The position numbers and the translations under genes are program-made. DNA of 64,000 nucleotides, from NCBI RefSeq assembly GCF_037042905.1, contig NC_087262.1, positions 16,864,001-16,928,000 on the forward strand, given 5' to 3'. The stretch is from Lytechinus pictus (taxonomy: Eukaryota). How positions within the stretch are numbered: the stretch's first letter is position 1; the number at the start of each line of letters is the position of its first letter. Below the pieces are notes generated by a model. The model was not told the origin of the DNA, did no database searches, and saw only the letters and a program-made list of their open reading frames with translations. Shown piece by piece: positions 13,001 through 26,194 of the stretch.

Positions 13001-14068
13001 CATCATCGAAAAATAACGGAGAAGAAATTCAAAATTCCTCATACTTCCAAATAGAGTAAATCAACAGCTGCAGATATCATTTTGTATACAGGCATGTTTA
13101 TTATGAGCCTTTTGAATAAGTTGTTTTGCGAATTATTTTCAAACCGTTTTGATAAGATATTTGAAGTATACATTAAAGAACGCATCTTAAGTAAAAATAA
13201 ATTGTCTGATATTATAAGGAGTTACATCATGACCCGGACTGGGATCGATAATCAGTATGGATCATGGAAATTATGTTTAAAAAAAACATTTATAATACGC
13301 TGTTTACTATAATGAACTTCACAGAATTAAGTTGTTTAAAACAGCTTAAACATATTAAACAAGTTAGCGTTTTAAATCTTAAACAAGAGGGGGGGAATCA
13401 GAGATATGAGAAATTAAAGGAAAAGGTATGGTACTTTGTGTACAAACAAATAGAGAGTTAATCAGCAACTTTGAAGCAAGTTTGCCGATTTGAGGATCCC
13501 CTTACAGTAAAACTGCTACTTTAATTTTTACACAGTGATGTTGACTGTATACATTACACTAGTTGTTTAACATTTTAAACAATCATGCTAAATTTATTGA
13601 TAAATCAATATAGAAAAAATAAACTTTTATGTTGATTAAGATTTTACAAACTTGTTTGAACAATAAGATTCATGGTGTAAACAGCGTTGTACAGTGTTTT
13701 TACTGTGTAGAGATAATACAGTACGTATATCTCTCAACATTGCTCAATGATCCAAAAATGGATTAGAATTGAACGCCCTCTATCGATAAGATGACAAGTG
13801 CTTCCATCAAGTTCAAAGGTAGCTGGGAAAACCAGTTCTATTTATAATTATACTTTTATGCTATTGTATTATATCGCAGCTTCCTCATTCTTTATTAATG
13901 TGCACAAAGTCATATTGTAATAGGAGTTTCGCACACACAGTCATTTCACGACCGTGACGTGCACAATAATTATGTACATATTTACAGCGGTGTTACTCGT
14001 AGCTATCTCTCACAACTAAATAGTACCCAGTTTCGTTGAAATAGTTTGACTGTAGAGTTTATGTAGCA

Positions 14069-14698
14069 ATGGCTGAAAAGATTGAAATAGAGAAAGCCTC
14101 CAGTTCTTCACAGAACCTGGTATGTCCGCTATGTCTTGATATTTTTGATGAACCAACGATCCTGACGTGCGGACACACTTTCTGTCGAAAGTGTCTCAAG
14201 AAATATGATCTGACCCACCAGGACATTGACCACATGGTCTGTCCTCTCTGTAGGGAGATCACCAAGTTGTCTGCCAACCGTGTCGACGATCTCCGCCTCA
14301 ATGTCTCCATTAACGGATGCGTCGACGATTACCACGCTAAGTGTGGAGGGATGAATGCAGTCCTTGAGTTGCGTCCAAAATGTACGGCTTGCAAACTTCA
14401 GCAAGACGCTGTCTCCTTCTGCAGAACATGTAATAACTACATATGTGATAGGTGTTTACAACCTCACCAGTACATGACCATGTTTGAAGATCACGAGATT
14501 GTCTCCATGGAGGATGTCATCGAAGGGAAGGTCAGCATTGGTCATCAATTTGAGAAATGCTCCATCCACAAACAAGAGAACAAAGATATGTTTTGTGATG
14601 ATTGCAAGGTCCGTGTCTGTCTCAGGTGCGTGGTCGTTGGTCACAAGGTCCATAACATCAAGAACCAGTCTGACTTCGAGCAGAAATTGAGGCGAAAG
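14069..14698 (+). CDS. TRIM paralog 2, exon A (RING, B-box1, B-box2). Joins 16683..17948, 631 aa
   Basis: Same motifs as paralog 1; 630 nt; donor AAG|GTAATG at 14698/14699. Confidence 0.93.
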
Positions 14699-14950
14699 GT
14701 AATGGTCATTTGAGATTTAGGGGTATCAAGTTGAAAAAAATATTTTAAAGATGCTGATGACGATTGTTCCGCTGATGGAGAGAAAAAAAGATGATACTAG
14801 CTATTCTTTTACTAATACCCCTAACCTCCTCGTCCTCCCCCTCATCTCGGGGACGAAGAACCAGTTGGGGTATATTTATAGGCCTCCGATCTTTTTTTCA
14901 GTAAATGTGTACCAAAAACTTAAATGACAATCTTATTGTGAAATGTTACA

Positions 14951-15560
14951 TTTTTGCCAATTCGTCTAATGCCAATTCGTCAACTCGTCTACTACCATTT
15001 GGTCTAGCATCTGTTCGTCTACTCATCAGATGGTCTCCTTTCATTTAGTCAAATGCCATTCCGTCTAATAACCAGTTGGTACAATAGCCATTTAGTCCTA
15101 ATGCCAATTCGTCAACTCGTCTACTACCATTTGGTCTATCATCTGTTCGTCTACTCACCAGATGGTCTCCTTTCATTTAGTCAAATGCCATTCCGTCTAA
15201 TAACCAGTTGGTACAATAGCCATTTAGTCCTAATGCCAATTCGTCAACTCGTCTACTACCATTTGGTCTATCATCTGTTCGTCTACTCACCAGATGGTCT
15301 CCTTTCATTTAGTCAAATGCCATTCCGTCTAATAACTAGTTGGTACAATAGCCATTTAGTCCATATAGCTTTTGGTCTAATTAAACTAAAGTGTTAATTG
15401 TGCAAAATGAATGAAAAGAAAATGGGTATTAGAACCAACTTGTTATTAGACGAAATGGTAATAGACGAAATGGTGATTAGACGAAGTGATGATTGGACAA
15501 AAAAAGTTATTGGACCAAATGGTTGATAGACGAAATGTTCATGGACGGAATGGCATTAGA
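14951..15560. mobile_element. Foldback/MITE with ~15-bp subrepeats in the paralog 2 intron; left arm amplified as 3 x 132 bp (14969-15360)
   Basis: CCATTTGGTCTA-type left-arm motifs oppose TAGACGAAATGG-type right-arm motifs. ATGCCAATTCGTCAACTC recurs at 14969, 15101 and 15233. Confidence 0.8.
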
Positions 15561-16471
15561 TTATTCCACGGCCCCCGTGTAGTAACTACCGTGTGATTTT
15601 TAAAAAAAATGTCACCTCACAAATCCCCAAATATGCCATTATATGGCCTGAAAATAATTGAATACCATATCTACGTGGTATATATATGTTAACGCTTGGA
15701 TGATCAGGAGGTATTCTTTGCAGTGATGTAAATTTTGATTTGCGCCAAATTAAGACATGGCTGCAATAAATGAATCCAGATGTCAATGATCAAGTGGCAG
15801 ACTCTAACAAGGGTTCCATCAAAATCCATTTCAGAATACGTTTTCAATAATTTACATTATAATTGTTTAACAAACACTTTTTACTAGTAACTCTCAGATT
15901 GATTTCATTGAAAAGGGATTTACAAATATGTTTACTAACTCATGTAGGATTATGAAATCATTGGCATTATGGATTCATTTATAGCAGTCATGCCTGACTT
16001 TGGCGCGAATCAAGATTTACATCACTGCAAAGAATACCAACTGATTATCTAAGCGTGAAGACATGCCACATAAATAAGGTATCAAAATACTTGGAAGAAG
16101 TATATATATTTTCAAATATAATGATTATGCATTCATGACATATTTTCCCCTTAGGGAATTATGAGGTGTCAAGATTGTCTTTATTTACACCGTTTAGGTC
16201 CATACTGCTAATGATGATAATAATGTTTATAACAACAATGACAATAATGATGATGATAATCAGAAATAATAAAAGTGGTAGTTATGGTAATAATGATACT
16301 GTTATCAATTTTAGCAAGATCTATATTAACTATAATAATAATGGTAATAATCATAATTAAAAGTATAATTAATAAAGATAATATAACAATAGTAATATGA
16401 TCACTCATATAATGATAATAATGATAATAACTGTCCCTCATATCCTTCGTTGCCTCCCTATCCGCCCCCCC

Positions 16472-16504
<33 letters not shown>

Positions 16505-16682
16505 TCCAGAATAGAGATCGGAGAAATTGATACAACTTCCCGGGTGTATATACAAGTCAGACATTATAATAGGTATATTTATTGATTTTTTTCTAAATAT
16601 AGAAACTACATTTACCATGTTTACGTGAATGATTCTTTGACGGCAAACAGTTACTACTTTTTTACTTTCTCGATCTTTACAG

Positions 16683-17948
16683 GTGACAGAGCTTGCCAAG
16701 CAATGTGCAGCTAAGAAAGCTGAGCTGGAAAAGAACATTCAGAATATAGAATTACAACGTCATGAGGTACACACTGCCATGCAGAAACTACTAGATGATG
16801 TCAGCCAGGCTTACAGCATCAAGGTTAAAGAGCTGGAAGGAAATCTTCAAGATCTCATCGAGCAAATAAATGAATTGAAGCGAAGTTTCGAGGATGATCT
16901 CAACATCCTAAAGTCCAAGGAACGACAGAGGATCAAAAGCATTTGTAGTTCGATTACATTGGTAGATAATGACAGACTGGGTCATCTTGAGACAGATAGT
17001 CTGTCCGCTCATAATTTGCTTTGTAATGAGCTAGAAGCTATGCTGAAAGAGGTTACCGATCGCACTACTGCGGAAGTTATTACAAAGAAAGCACAGGAGA
17101 CGAGTTTCAATCCTGGAGATAAATCTTGTCTTGACCTCGGGTTCATCTCGGGATCAGATCCCAAGTTAGAAATCATTAAGTGTATAGATCTACGGGGAAA
17201 AATGATTGGAATGACAGCTTACAGTCATACCAGTGTGGCCATCGTATATTGGAATAATGTACGAGGTATTGATATCATTGATACAGCTGGTGGAACGGAG
17301 CAGTATACAAACATACCACATGACGGCGTGGGTTATGGCGATATTATGATTCAACGGGACAATGCATTATGTGTCTCAACTGGTCGTACAGAAGCACACG
17401 TGTATTCTCCCGATGGCTCCAGGAAAGCAACAATCAACGTGAGTGGGACTGGTTATTATCTCAGACTGAACAGAAGTCCATCAAATGAGATCCTCATTGC
17501 TAACGGTGCCAACAAAGTCTACATCTATGACCCGACTGGATCCACTCTCAAACACACTGTTCCAACAAAGCACAAGACGTGGGAGGCATCATCCACCAGG
17601 TCGGGTTTGATCGTTACCAGTTCATGTAACGTCACCAATCCAAGCGTGGTGACGGTCTATGACAGGGATGGGAATGCTGGTGAGTCTCTACAAGCTCCAA
17701 TTGGTATCTACCTGTATGCTACCGTGGATGAGCAGGACAGGGTGTATGTAGCGAGTGTTGATTGTAAGAATAGGAAGGTGGTGATCAGGCTCTATGATCT
17801 TGATGGTCTGAACCTGAGGGAAAGAGTTGAGTTTAATGCACTTAAAATGACATTGGATTCTAGTTGGTGTTACTTGGTTTCCCTCTCTCCGGACCTACTC
17901 GCCTTTGCTTGTGACAAGAAGTTATATTTCATCAAGGTATCGCTGTAA
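16683..17948 (+). CDS. TRIM paralog 2, exon B (coiled coil + NHL-like propeller)
   Basis: TTTACAG|GTG acceptor; 421 open codons collinear with paralog 1 exon B. Confidence 0.92.
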   Translation: MTELAKQCAAKKAELEKNIQNIELQRHEVHTAMQKLLDDVSQAYSIKVKELEGNLQDLIEQINELKRSFEDDLNILKSKERQRIKSICSSITLVDNDRLGHLETDSLSAHNLLCNELEAMLKEVTDRTTAEVITKKAQETSFNPGDKSCLDLGFISGSDPKLEIIKCIDLRGKMIGMTAYSHTSVAIVYWNNVRGIDIIDTAGGTEQYTNIPHDGVGYGDIMIQRDNALCVSTGRTEAHVYSPDGSRKATINVSGTGYYLRLNRSPSNEILIANGANKVYIYDPTGSTLKHTVPTKHKTWEASSTRSGLIVTSSCNVTNPSVVTVYDRDGNAGESLQAPIGIYLYATVDEQDRVYVASVDCKNRKVVIRLYDLDGLNLRERVEFNALKMTLDSSWCYLVSLSPDLLAFACDKKLYFIKVSL

Positions 17949-18424
17949 TAAAGAGTATCTCACTAGTGTGTATAACATGAACTATTGCTTTTTATGCGAT
18001 TATTCATTGTGTATCTGAAATGAGAATCCAACGCCTTTCTAAATTTGTTTACATTTAGTGATGTGTATATACACAGAAATTTTAACACGAATCGAAAAAA
18101 AGTTCATACACATAAAATAATTTTATCATTGAAACTTGACTATCAAAAGACCACTATTTTTTATTATTTCGTGAATCTGAAAAAAACACACAGTAAAAAA
18201 AATAGCACGTTGTTTAAACCTGTCACTCTAATAACAAGTTGTTTAAACTTTGTTTTGATATTGATTACACATTTTAAACAACTTGTTTAAAAAAAATAAG
18301 TTGTTTAAACAAATAAACAGATGCTTAAAAAGTTAAAACAGTAGTTGTTAGAGTGACGGACGTAAGCAACGTGCTTAAAAAGAGTTTACAGTGTAATGCT
18401 TTTTGTGCCATTCAACTCGTGTCA

Positions 18425-18860
18425 TTAAATGACAACAAAAAGTTGATTCGAATAAAAAGAGAAAAATCTAAAAAGCAAAACACTGAAAACTTTATCAAAA
18501 TCTGATGTAAAATAAGAATTTCATGGCATTTTAAAGTTTCGCTTATTTTTCACAAAACAGTGATATGCACAACTCAGTGACATGCAAATGAGTCAGTCGA
18601 CGATGTCCATCACTCACTTTTTTTTTCTTTTTTATTGTTTGAATTATACAATGTCTTACAATTATACAATTATACAATGTCCCCCAATCAGTTATATCGG
18701 GAGGAGAGACCTGCGGGTCACAGTGATTCATTTCGCTTTTCGCCTTCCAGGCACAGGTGACGCCAAAACAAATAATAATAATAATAATAATAAATAATAA
18801 TAATAATGTTTCATTATTTAACAATTTGACAAGGACAAACATGACTGAACCATATAGTTT
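18425..18860. mobile_element. Truncated DNA-transposon fragment (Kolobok-like left part) with a nested (AAT)n-tailed insert, at a deletion junction of the spacer
   Basis: Begins at TTAA and resembles the 9493 element (TTTATCAAAATCTGATGTAAAATAAG...TTTTAAAGTT). Flanks map to about 3885 and 6085 of spacer 1. Confidence 0.45.
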
Positions 18861-19514
18861 TTTGTCGTTTGGAAATGGATTTCTGGCAAGTAAGACTATA
18901 TATCATGGTTATGTTCGGTATTTGTTCTGTGTCATGTGAAATATTTTAGTTTGCTTACATTTTATTGTTTACCATATTGGCATGATGAGGAAGGGGGATT
19001 TTAAGTGAATGAATAAAACAAATTTATAGTTTTATAATATGATTTCTAAATATGTTTGTTCTACTATTCGTTGCCTGCACTGGTATAATGTTTCTTTCTC
19101 GCGTATATTATATCTATTTCATATTATATTATAACTTATTTTTGTACTTCATTTGTTTTAACTTTTGATGTTTATAGTGTTATTTTTTGGTAGGTGTCGT
19201 CTTTCGTCTCTATCCGTTATTGTAAACTGATTTTGTAACATACATATATCCAAACCAAGTCACAACTTTTTTTCTCTCATACAAGCGTGGGATATTTCTT
19301 AACAAGCCCATCCGTTCCATTCCATTTATTTTTTTACCCAAAGTCACTTTTATTCACTCAATATCCTTTCATCGGAGTTTTTTTTTTATATGATGTACTG
19401 TATAGATTATTTTGCACAATCATCATTTTACATGTTTCACATAATTATTATAAAGTATATCATTTTATGTTTTTAACGACATATCTATCGAGTTTATATA
19501 ATCTCTTCATAATA

Positions 19515-19739
19515 CACGGTAAAAAAAAATATACAACGCTGTTTACTATATGAACCTTACAGTAATTGTTTAAACACTTTAAACAACTGTTTAAATCTTA
19601 AGCAACATAGTCTAATTTTCAATATCTAATTGTCAATAAATTAAACATGATTGTTTAAACGGTTAAACAAATACTGTAAGGTTCATAATAGTGAATAGAA
19701 CAGCTTTGTATAAAATCTTAAACAGCGTTTTTTACTGTG
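19515..19739. mobile_element. MITE with CAC(G/A)GTAAAAA termini and TA duplication
   Basis: TA|CACGGTAAAAAA ... TTTTTTACTGTG|TA. The empty site CTCTTCATAATACGCTG is present in paralogous spacers (~7011, ~62830). Confidence 0.8.
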
Positions 19740-20976
19740 TACGCTGACTGATTTTCATTCTATGAAATACACATAATTATTTCAACCATTATTATAGCCT
19801 ATTATGGTGCAGCCAATAAAAACTAACGCTGTAAATATTCAAATCATAATAGAAGCGAATAATTTTATTATCATGTGAGCGAGGGGAGGAATTGCAAAAA
19901 GGAATGTTGGCCCTACCACAGAATGACATAATAAAATTCGACAATTAAGATTTCTAAACCAACCGATTACTTTCCATTCACTCTTTTCATGGATTTCAAT
20001 TTTAATGATAATTATAATCAGGGCCGGTGCCATGATATTTTGATGGGGGGGGGGGGGCACCGAAAGATTACGTCATATATTTTCTCAATTGAATTATAGG
20101 GATGTTTTATAGGTATATGGTCCAGACCTCTCCATTTTAATTATTTTTCCTCAATTCTCTCCTTTCCTTCCTTATTTTTCTCCTCTTTTGTCACTACGTA
20201 CAAAATCGTAGGGAGCGGTAGCCCCTTCCCTTTTCTCTATAAATATAGGTAAAATGTTCATACCATTTGTTCCAGGAAGGGTAAGAGAAATGGAGATTGA
20301 AAGAAAGAAGGGAGGGGGTAGAGGTTTGGAACTAAAGGAAATGCGGAAAAGGGCAAGATGTAAAAGGGAAATATAATAATAAATAGTAAGATAGAAAATG
20401 TGAGAGCGAGGGAGAAGAGAAAGAAAAAGCGAGAGAAAAGGGGAGCGGAAACTCATGCCGTTTGAAAGAATATCACATTACAGGACATAAGATAACAATT
20501 TTTTATTCGAGATAAAGGCCTAATCAACCGAATCATGATATTCGAAAAAAAAACCGTAATAGCCCTGGTTGGTTTGATGTTAGTTCCAATGTCACCAACA
20601 AAACCGACTGGTATGCCACTAAAAAAAAACCCATAATAGCCCTGATCGGTTTGAGGTCAGTTTTCTTCGTTGTGCTACAGTCACGCCAACGGAATCGACT
20701 CTAAACCGACTGATATGCCATTCTAAAAAACAAAAACAAACCGTAATAGCTCTGACCGGTTTGATGTCGGTTTTCTATGTTATGCTTCAATAACACCTTT
20801 GAAACCGACTCCAAAACGACTAATGTGCCATTCGGGAAAAACCCGTAATAGTCTTGATCGGTTTTAGGTCGGTTTCATCGATGTGACTGTAGCGTGACAC
20901 AGGAATTAATCCTATAACGAAACAAACCCCAAACCAACCGATGATAATATCATTGAAAATAACGTACAGATATATC

Positions 20977-21907
20977 AAAAGGGTAAGCCAATGTAAATAT
21001 ATTGGCGTAATAATAGACAGCTCCCTAACCTGGACCCCCCCCCCCAAATTGACAGTATTCGGAAAAAAGTTTTACAGACATTTTATTCTTTAAAACGCAT
21101 TCGATGTTATATACCAAAAACACAGCTCTTATGCTGTATAAGGTTTTAATCTAACTGATATTTGACTATTGTTGTACAATCTGGAGAAATGGCAATAAAA
21201 GCCAACTAAATCGTCTCCAAGTTCTACAAAACAGGGCACTGAAATCTGTCTTAGAAGTAAACAGTCGATTTAGTACAGCAAATATATATGCCATTTTAAA
21301 GGTAGATCAACTCAACAAGAGATGGAACAATCAGTCAATTTTTACCATTTTTAAATTGGTCAATAATCTAGCTCCATCTGTCCTTTGTACTCGAATCACA
21401 CTTGAATCACGAGAATAATTATCTTCTAAGAAACATAGACCGACAAATTCAATTACCAAAACCTCATTCTAATAATCTAAAAAACAGTCCCCTTTATTCA
21501 GCTTCTAAATTATTCAATTACCTACCCGCAACAACCCGATTAGAAAAAAAACCCGACTACATTTGCACGTCTCATATCACTTTCTTAATTTAATTCTCCA
21601 CCCCGATCACCCTTGATGATACCGCATTATATACCTTCATTTCTTTTATGTTTATTTTGACATTACTTTGCATATTATTTTCGTCTATTCATTTTTCATA
21701 TTTGTCTACTCCAATTTTACTTTTGCCAATTGTAATTTTACTCATGCTTTGATAAATTTTGTTTTTTCTTACTTATTTCTGTATGCTTATTTTATGTTGA
21801 TATTATTTGTTATTATCATTTGTCCACGGCCTAGCTGAAAAGCAGCTTCTAGCTGAAAGCAGGCTTTTTAACCGTGATTAAATAAATAAAATATAAAATA
21901 CAAAAAT
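20977..21907 (+). mobile_element. 5'-truncated, degenerate non-LTR retrotransposon (CR1/L2-group RT C-terminus + 3' UTR)
   Basis: Frameshifted peptide KYIGVIIDSSLTW...LKRIR...FDYCCTIW; A-rich tail; 9-bp TSD AGATATATC at 20968-20976 and 21908-21916. Confidence 0.82.
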
Positions 21908-22881
21908 AGATATATCTGGATTCGATGTTGACCCTTCTTACAAAGAATTGTGACTGATCCGATTAACAAAACTCTAGAAACCCAGCAAAGTCAACAGATA
22001 ATATGCGTGTTTGTTCAAAATGTTTTCTAGATCTGTAGATATGATTCATATAAATTCTTCATTTTCTTGAAAATAAAATTTTCTTGAAAATTTGGTGTGC
22101 TTTTCTTTCTTTACAAAGGGTCATTGTAAAACTTAACTGTAGAAAATGACATAATATGGATTACAATACATTTAAGGTTGATCGGATCAGTCGTAACTCT
22201 TTGTTAAGACGGGTCCCTGAAGTTTCTTATGAAATGGGGGGGGGGTTAAGAATTTACTCTGCAAGTGGGGGTACGTTGGGAACTGGAATTTAACATGAAT
22301 TGGGGGTCTCCGAGAACTGGCGGCTGAAATTAGGGGCTTAGGGACGGGGAAGAACGGGTTGATCAATGATAAGGGAAGAAGAAGATATTCCTGGGAACTG
22401 ATGACATGACGTGAAAATGTTATAAACACTTATTGTTCAAATTTAGTAACCCTTTCAGCATTGTTCAGCTTTGTGCAAGGAATACTGAAATATCTTATTG
22501 TATTCGAAGGCACGTGACATCAAGAAAGCATGAGAAATGTTACCATCATTTCGAGAAATAGAGATATAGGAATGAAATCAAAGAAGGACATGACCGAAAG
22601 GGATGATACAAACGTGGGCAATGGAAGCAGGTCTGGATGGGGGGGGGGGTGTTATCTTTTTTTTGGGGGGGGGGGCAAGTCACAAATTTTCAACGAGGAT
22701 CTTAGTTCATCCTACACAGTGTTGTTTTTTCTTCAGGAGGGAACAGGTGATTTTTTGTTGAGAATCCTGAAAGTGATGGATTAAAGTAACTGAGTAATCA
22801 CTAGTAGTATATAGAGGAACGTTTTGAGTTTGAATGGTAAACAAAGGATTAAGTGGATTATTATTTTGGTAAATTTTGATC

Positions 22882-23537
22882 TATTTTGATTTATTTTCAT
22901 ATAATAACAATTTACACTCATATCCAACAAGAACATGCAATAATATTCACTTAAACAATCCCAGGACACTATTTGCACATAAAACACTAAGACATCATGG
23001 ACCTGATATTTGGAATGCATTGCCAGATTCACTCAAGCTGACAAGATCATTTTATTCCTTTAAACGAACTATAAAAGAAATGCAATGAAACAAATACCTA
23101 ACAAATTAAAAAAGAAAATCATTACCATTGTTATCATTATTTTAATTAGACATTGACTTTTATCTAGAACATGTATAAATTAAAACCAAACAACAAAACG
23201 TGTTTTTTCTAAAATTCCATGCTAAGGACCAAGCATCTCCCTCCCCCCCCCCCGTCCCTCATGTACCTGCACGTTTAATGACAATATATATTAATTATTT
23301 TGGCTATATTCCAGGGTTGTTACGTTTTCAAGCTTTGCTTTTGTGACGACCCTTGCAACCATCCTATTTATTGTGTAACAGAAAATACCACTTAATGATT
23401 TTCATTTATGTAAGATATGTTTGATGATTTATATACAAAACTATTGTTCATTATCTTGATCTCAAGTTTCAGATATGTATTTTCTTGTCCAGAATTTTGT
23501 TATAAAAAATGTTGCAAAAACCAATAAATGAAATGAA
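22882..23537 (+). mobile_element. LINE 3' fragment (L2/Crack-like)
   Basis: Peptide HSYPTR...LRHHGPDIWNALP...FKR typical of ORF2 C-termini; 3' hairpin at 23313-23353; AATAAATGAAATGAA tail. Empty site TTTTGATCAG is present at ~12735 and ~44815. Confidence 0.78.
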
Positions 23538-24965
23538 ATCAGATTTTCAGAGAAGGTAAGTTTTCACAATTTCCCCCTTTAAAGGGGAAGGGCAGCTGCC
23601 CCTTTTTCATATAAAACTGAATTGCAGCATATATTAGGTGGCCCACGTTTGAAAAAATAAGGTCTTATAAGTATTTTTTATCCATTTTTTTAATGACCCT
23701 GCTTCCTAACAATCAATGTAAGCCATATTAAGGTTTATCTATTCGTTTCCTTTACATGTTAACCCATCTCTTTCCTTATTTTCCTTCCCCTTTTAAAAGG
23801 GATCATTGTCGAAAAATAACGTAGAAGGAATTTAAAATTCCTCATCCTTCCACACAGAGTATATCAAAAGCTACAGATATTTTTTTGTTTACAAGTATGT
23901 TTATCATGAGCCTTTTAAAAAGTTCTTTTGCGAATTAATTTCAAGACGCTTTGATAAGATATTGGAAGTATATTTAAGAAAGCATTTAAGTAAAAAAAAA
24001 ATGTCTGATATTATAAGGAGCTACATCATGACCCGGACTGGGATCGATAATCAGTATGGATCCTGAAAATTGTGTTTAAAAACATTTATAATACGGTGTT
24101 TACTATGTATTATGAACTTCACAGAATTAAGTTGTTAAAAACCATTTAAACATATTAAACAAGTGTTTGAAATCTTAAAAATGAGGGGGGTCAGAGATAT
24201 GAGAAATTAAACGAAAAGTTATGATACTTTGTGTACAAACAAAAAGAGAGTTAATCAACAACTTCGAAGCAAGTTTGCCAATTTGAGGATCCCCTTAAAA
24301 CTGCTGCCTTAATTTTTACACAATGCTGTTGACTGTACACATTACACTGTTGTTGACTGTTGACTGTATACATTACACGTTTTAAACAATCATGCTGAAT
24401 TCATTGAGATATCAATAAAAAAAATATATTTTTGTTGGTTTAAACACTTGTTTAAACTTTTTGAACAATAAGATTCATGGAAGACCAGCAGAGTAATTTA
24501 TGTCAATAACTCTGAAATGGGCAATCCTTTCGATTATTTTATTCATTTGCAATTCATTTTGTTTATTTCTATTAATTCCATTTATGTTATGTATTTATGT
24601 AATATATATTTCATGTTTTTTAATAATCGGATAATAAATAAACAAACAAACAAAAAATATAGTTAACAGCCTTTTACAGTGTTTTTACTGTATAGAGATA
24701 ATACAGTACGAGTATCTCTCAATGATCCAAAAATTGATAAATATAATAGTACACCCTCTATCGATAAGATGACTAATGCTTCGATCAAGTTCAAAGGTAG
24801 ATGGGAAAAAAACAGTTCTATTTATAGTTTGGCTAAACTATACTCTGGCAGACGATCTTCTTTTGTAATATAACAGCTCCCTCATTCTTTATTGATGTAT
24901 ACACAAAGTCAAATTGTCATATCGCACACACAGTCATTTCACAACGTGCATGAAATATGTTCATG

Positions 24966-26104
24966 TAAACTCCTCATAAAAAGTTTGGAAATCTGACTTT
25001 GATCGATAATCCTTCTTCGGTTTTAGTAAATATCAATATGTTATTAATATCAATGGATAGATCATTTAATTCTATTTAAGATGATACCCTACATGATATG
25101 ATTATGGTTCACATGGAGGTGCAGTGCCTTGAAATGTGGGGCAAGGTCAAAATTCAAAAGCTGCAAAATGGCACAGTATTGAAAGTCACTGTTCTTTTTT
25201 CCGTGGTGATGAGTGAGTTTCTCAGCGGTTTTCTTTTCACTTTGACCGATAATTCCTCAATGTGTAATTTATATCAATGAATATATCATTTAATTTTCTT
25301 TAAAATGATATCCTATATGATATGATTATCATTCACATGGAGGTGCAGTGCCTTGAAATGTGGGGCAAGGTCAAAATTCAAAAGTTGCAAAATGACGCAA
25401 ATTGAAAGTCACTGTTCTTTTTTCCGTGGTGATGAGTGAGTTTTTCAGTAATTTCTTTTAATTGTTTTCATGCACATTAACATCAACATTAACATGGAAT
25501 CAAACACACCTCTGCACAAGCTAAAACATAACAAACAAACATGCATGGGTATTTCAAACAACGACACAAACCATATTACATGTATCTCACAGAACCATCA
25601 CTACAGAAGCAGGGCTTGGTTTGAATGGATTTTCATCTCTACTGACACAGACAAAAGAACCATGTTCTGTATTGACCCTTTATGACTATTTCTGCTCGTT
25701 TTGCAGCTTTTCGATTCAGACCGCATCCAACACTTTGGAATCCTGCTCTTTTCGTGATGGCATGATCATAACTGTACAAGCATGGTATCATCTTAAAGAA
25801 AATTAAATGATCTTTTGAATAATATCAAATATGCATTGTGCAATATTGGGAGCTGGGAGAAAGGAATGGTCAAACTCAGATTTCCTAACCGTTTTTGCTC
25901 GTTTTACAGCTTTTCAATTCATACCTCATCCAACACATTTGAATCTTGCTGTTTTCGTGAAGACATGATCATAACAAGCATGGTATCATTTTAAAGAGAA
26001 TTAAATTATCTTTCGAATGATGTAAAATATGCATTGTTTAAAATTGGGAGTAGGGAGAAGCTAATGGCCAAACACAGATTTCCAAACTTTTTTTGAGAGG
26101 TTTA
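24966..26104. mobile_element. Non-autonomous TIR element ~90 bp upstream of the paralog 3 ATG
   Basis: TAAACTCCTCATAAAAAGTTTGGAAATCTG ... CAGATTTCCAAACTTTTTTTGAGAGGTTTA; internally duplicated arms (25060-25450, 25690-26040); absent upstream of the other paralogs. Confidence 0.75.
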
Positions 26105-26194
26105 TATCGTGGTGTAACTAGTAGCTATCTCGGAACTATCTCTCACAACAACTCACTTTCGTTGTAGCAGTTTGACTCTAGAGTTTATATAGCA

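Noticed and set aside
15053-15397. 114-aa protein with 44-aa repeats
   Set aside because: It is the translation of the 132-bp intronic repeat in a foldback element.
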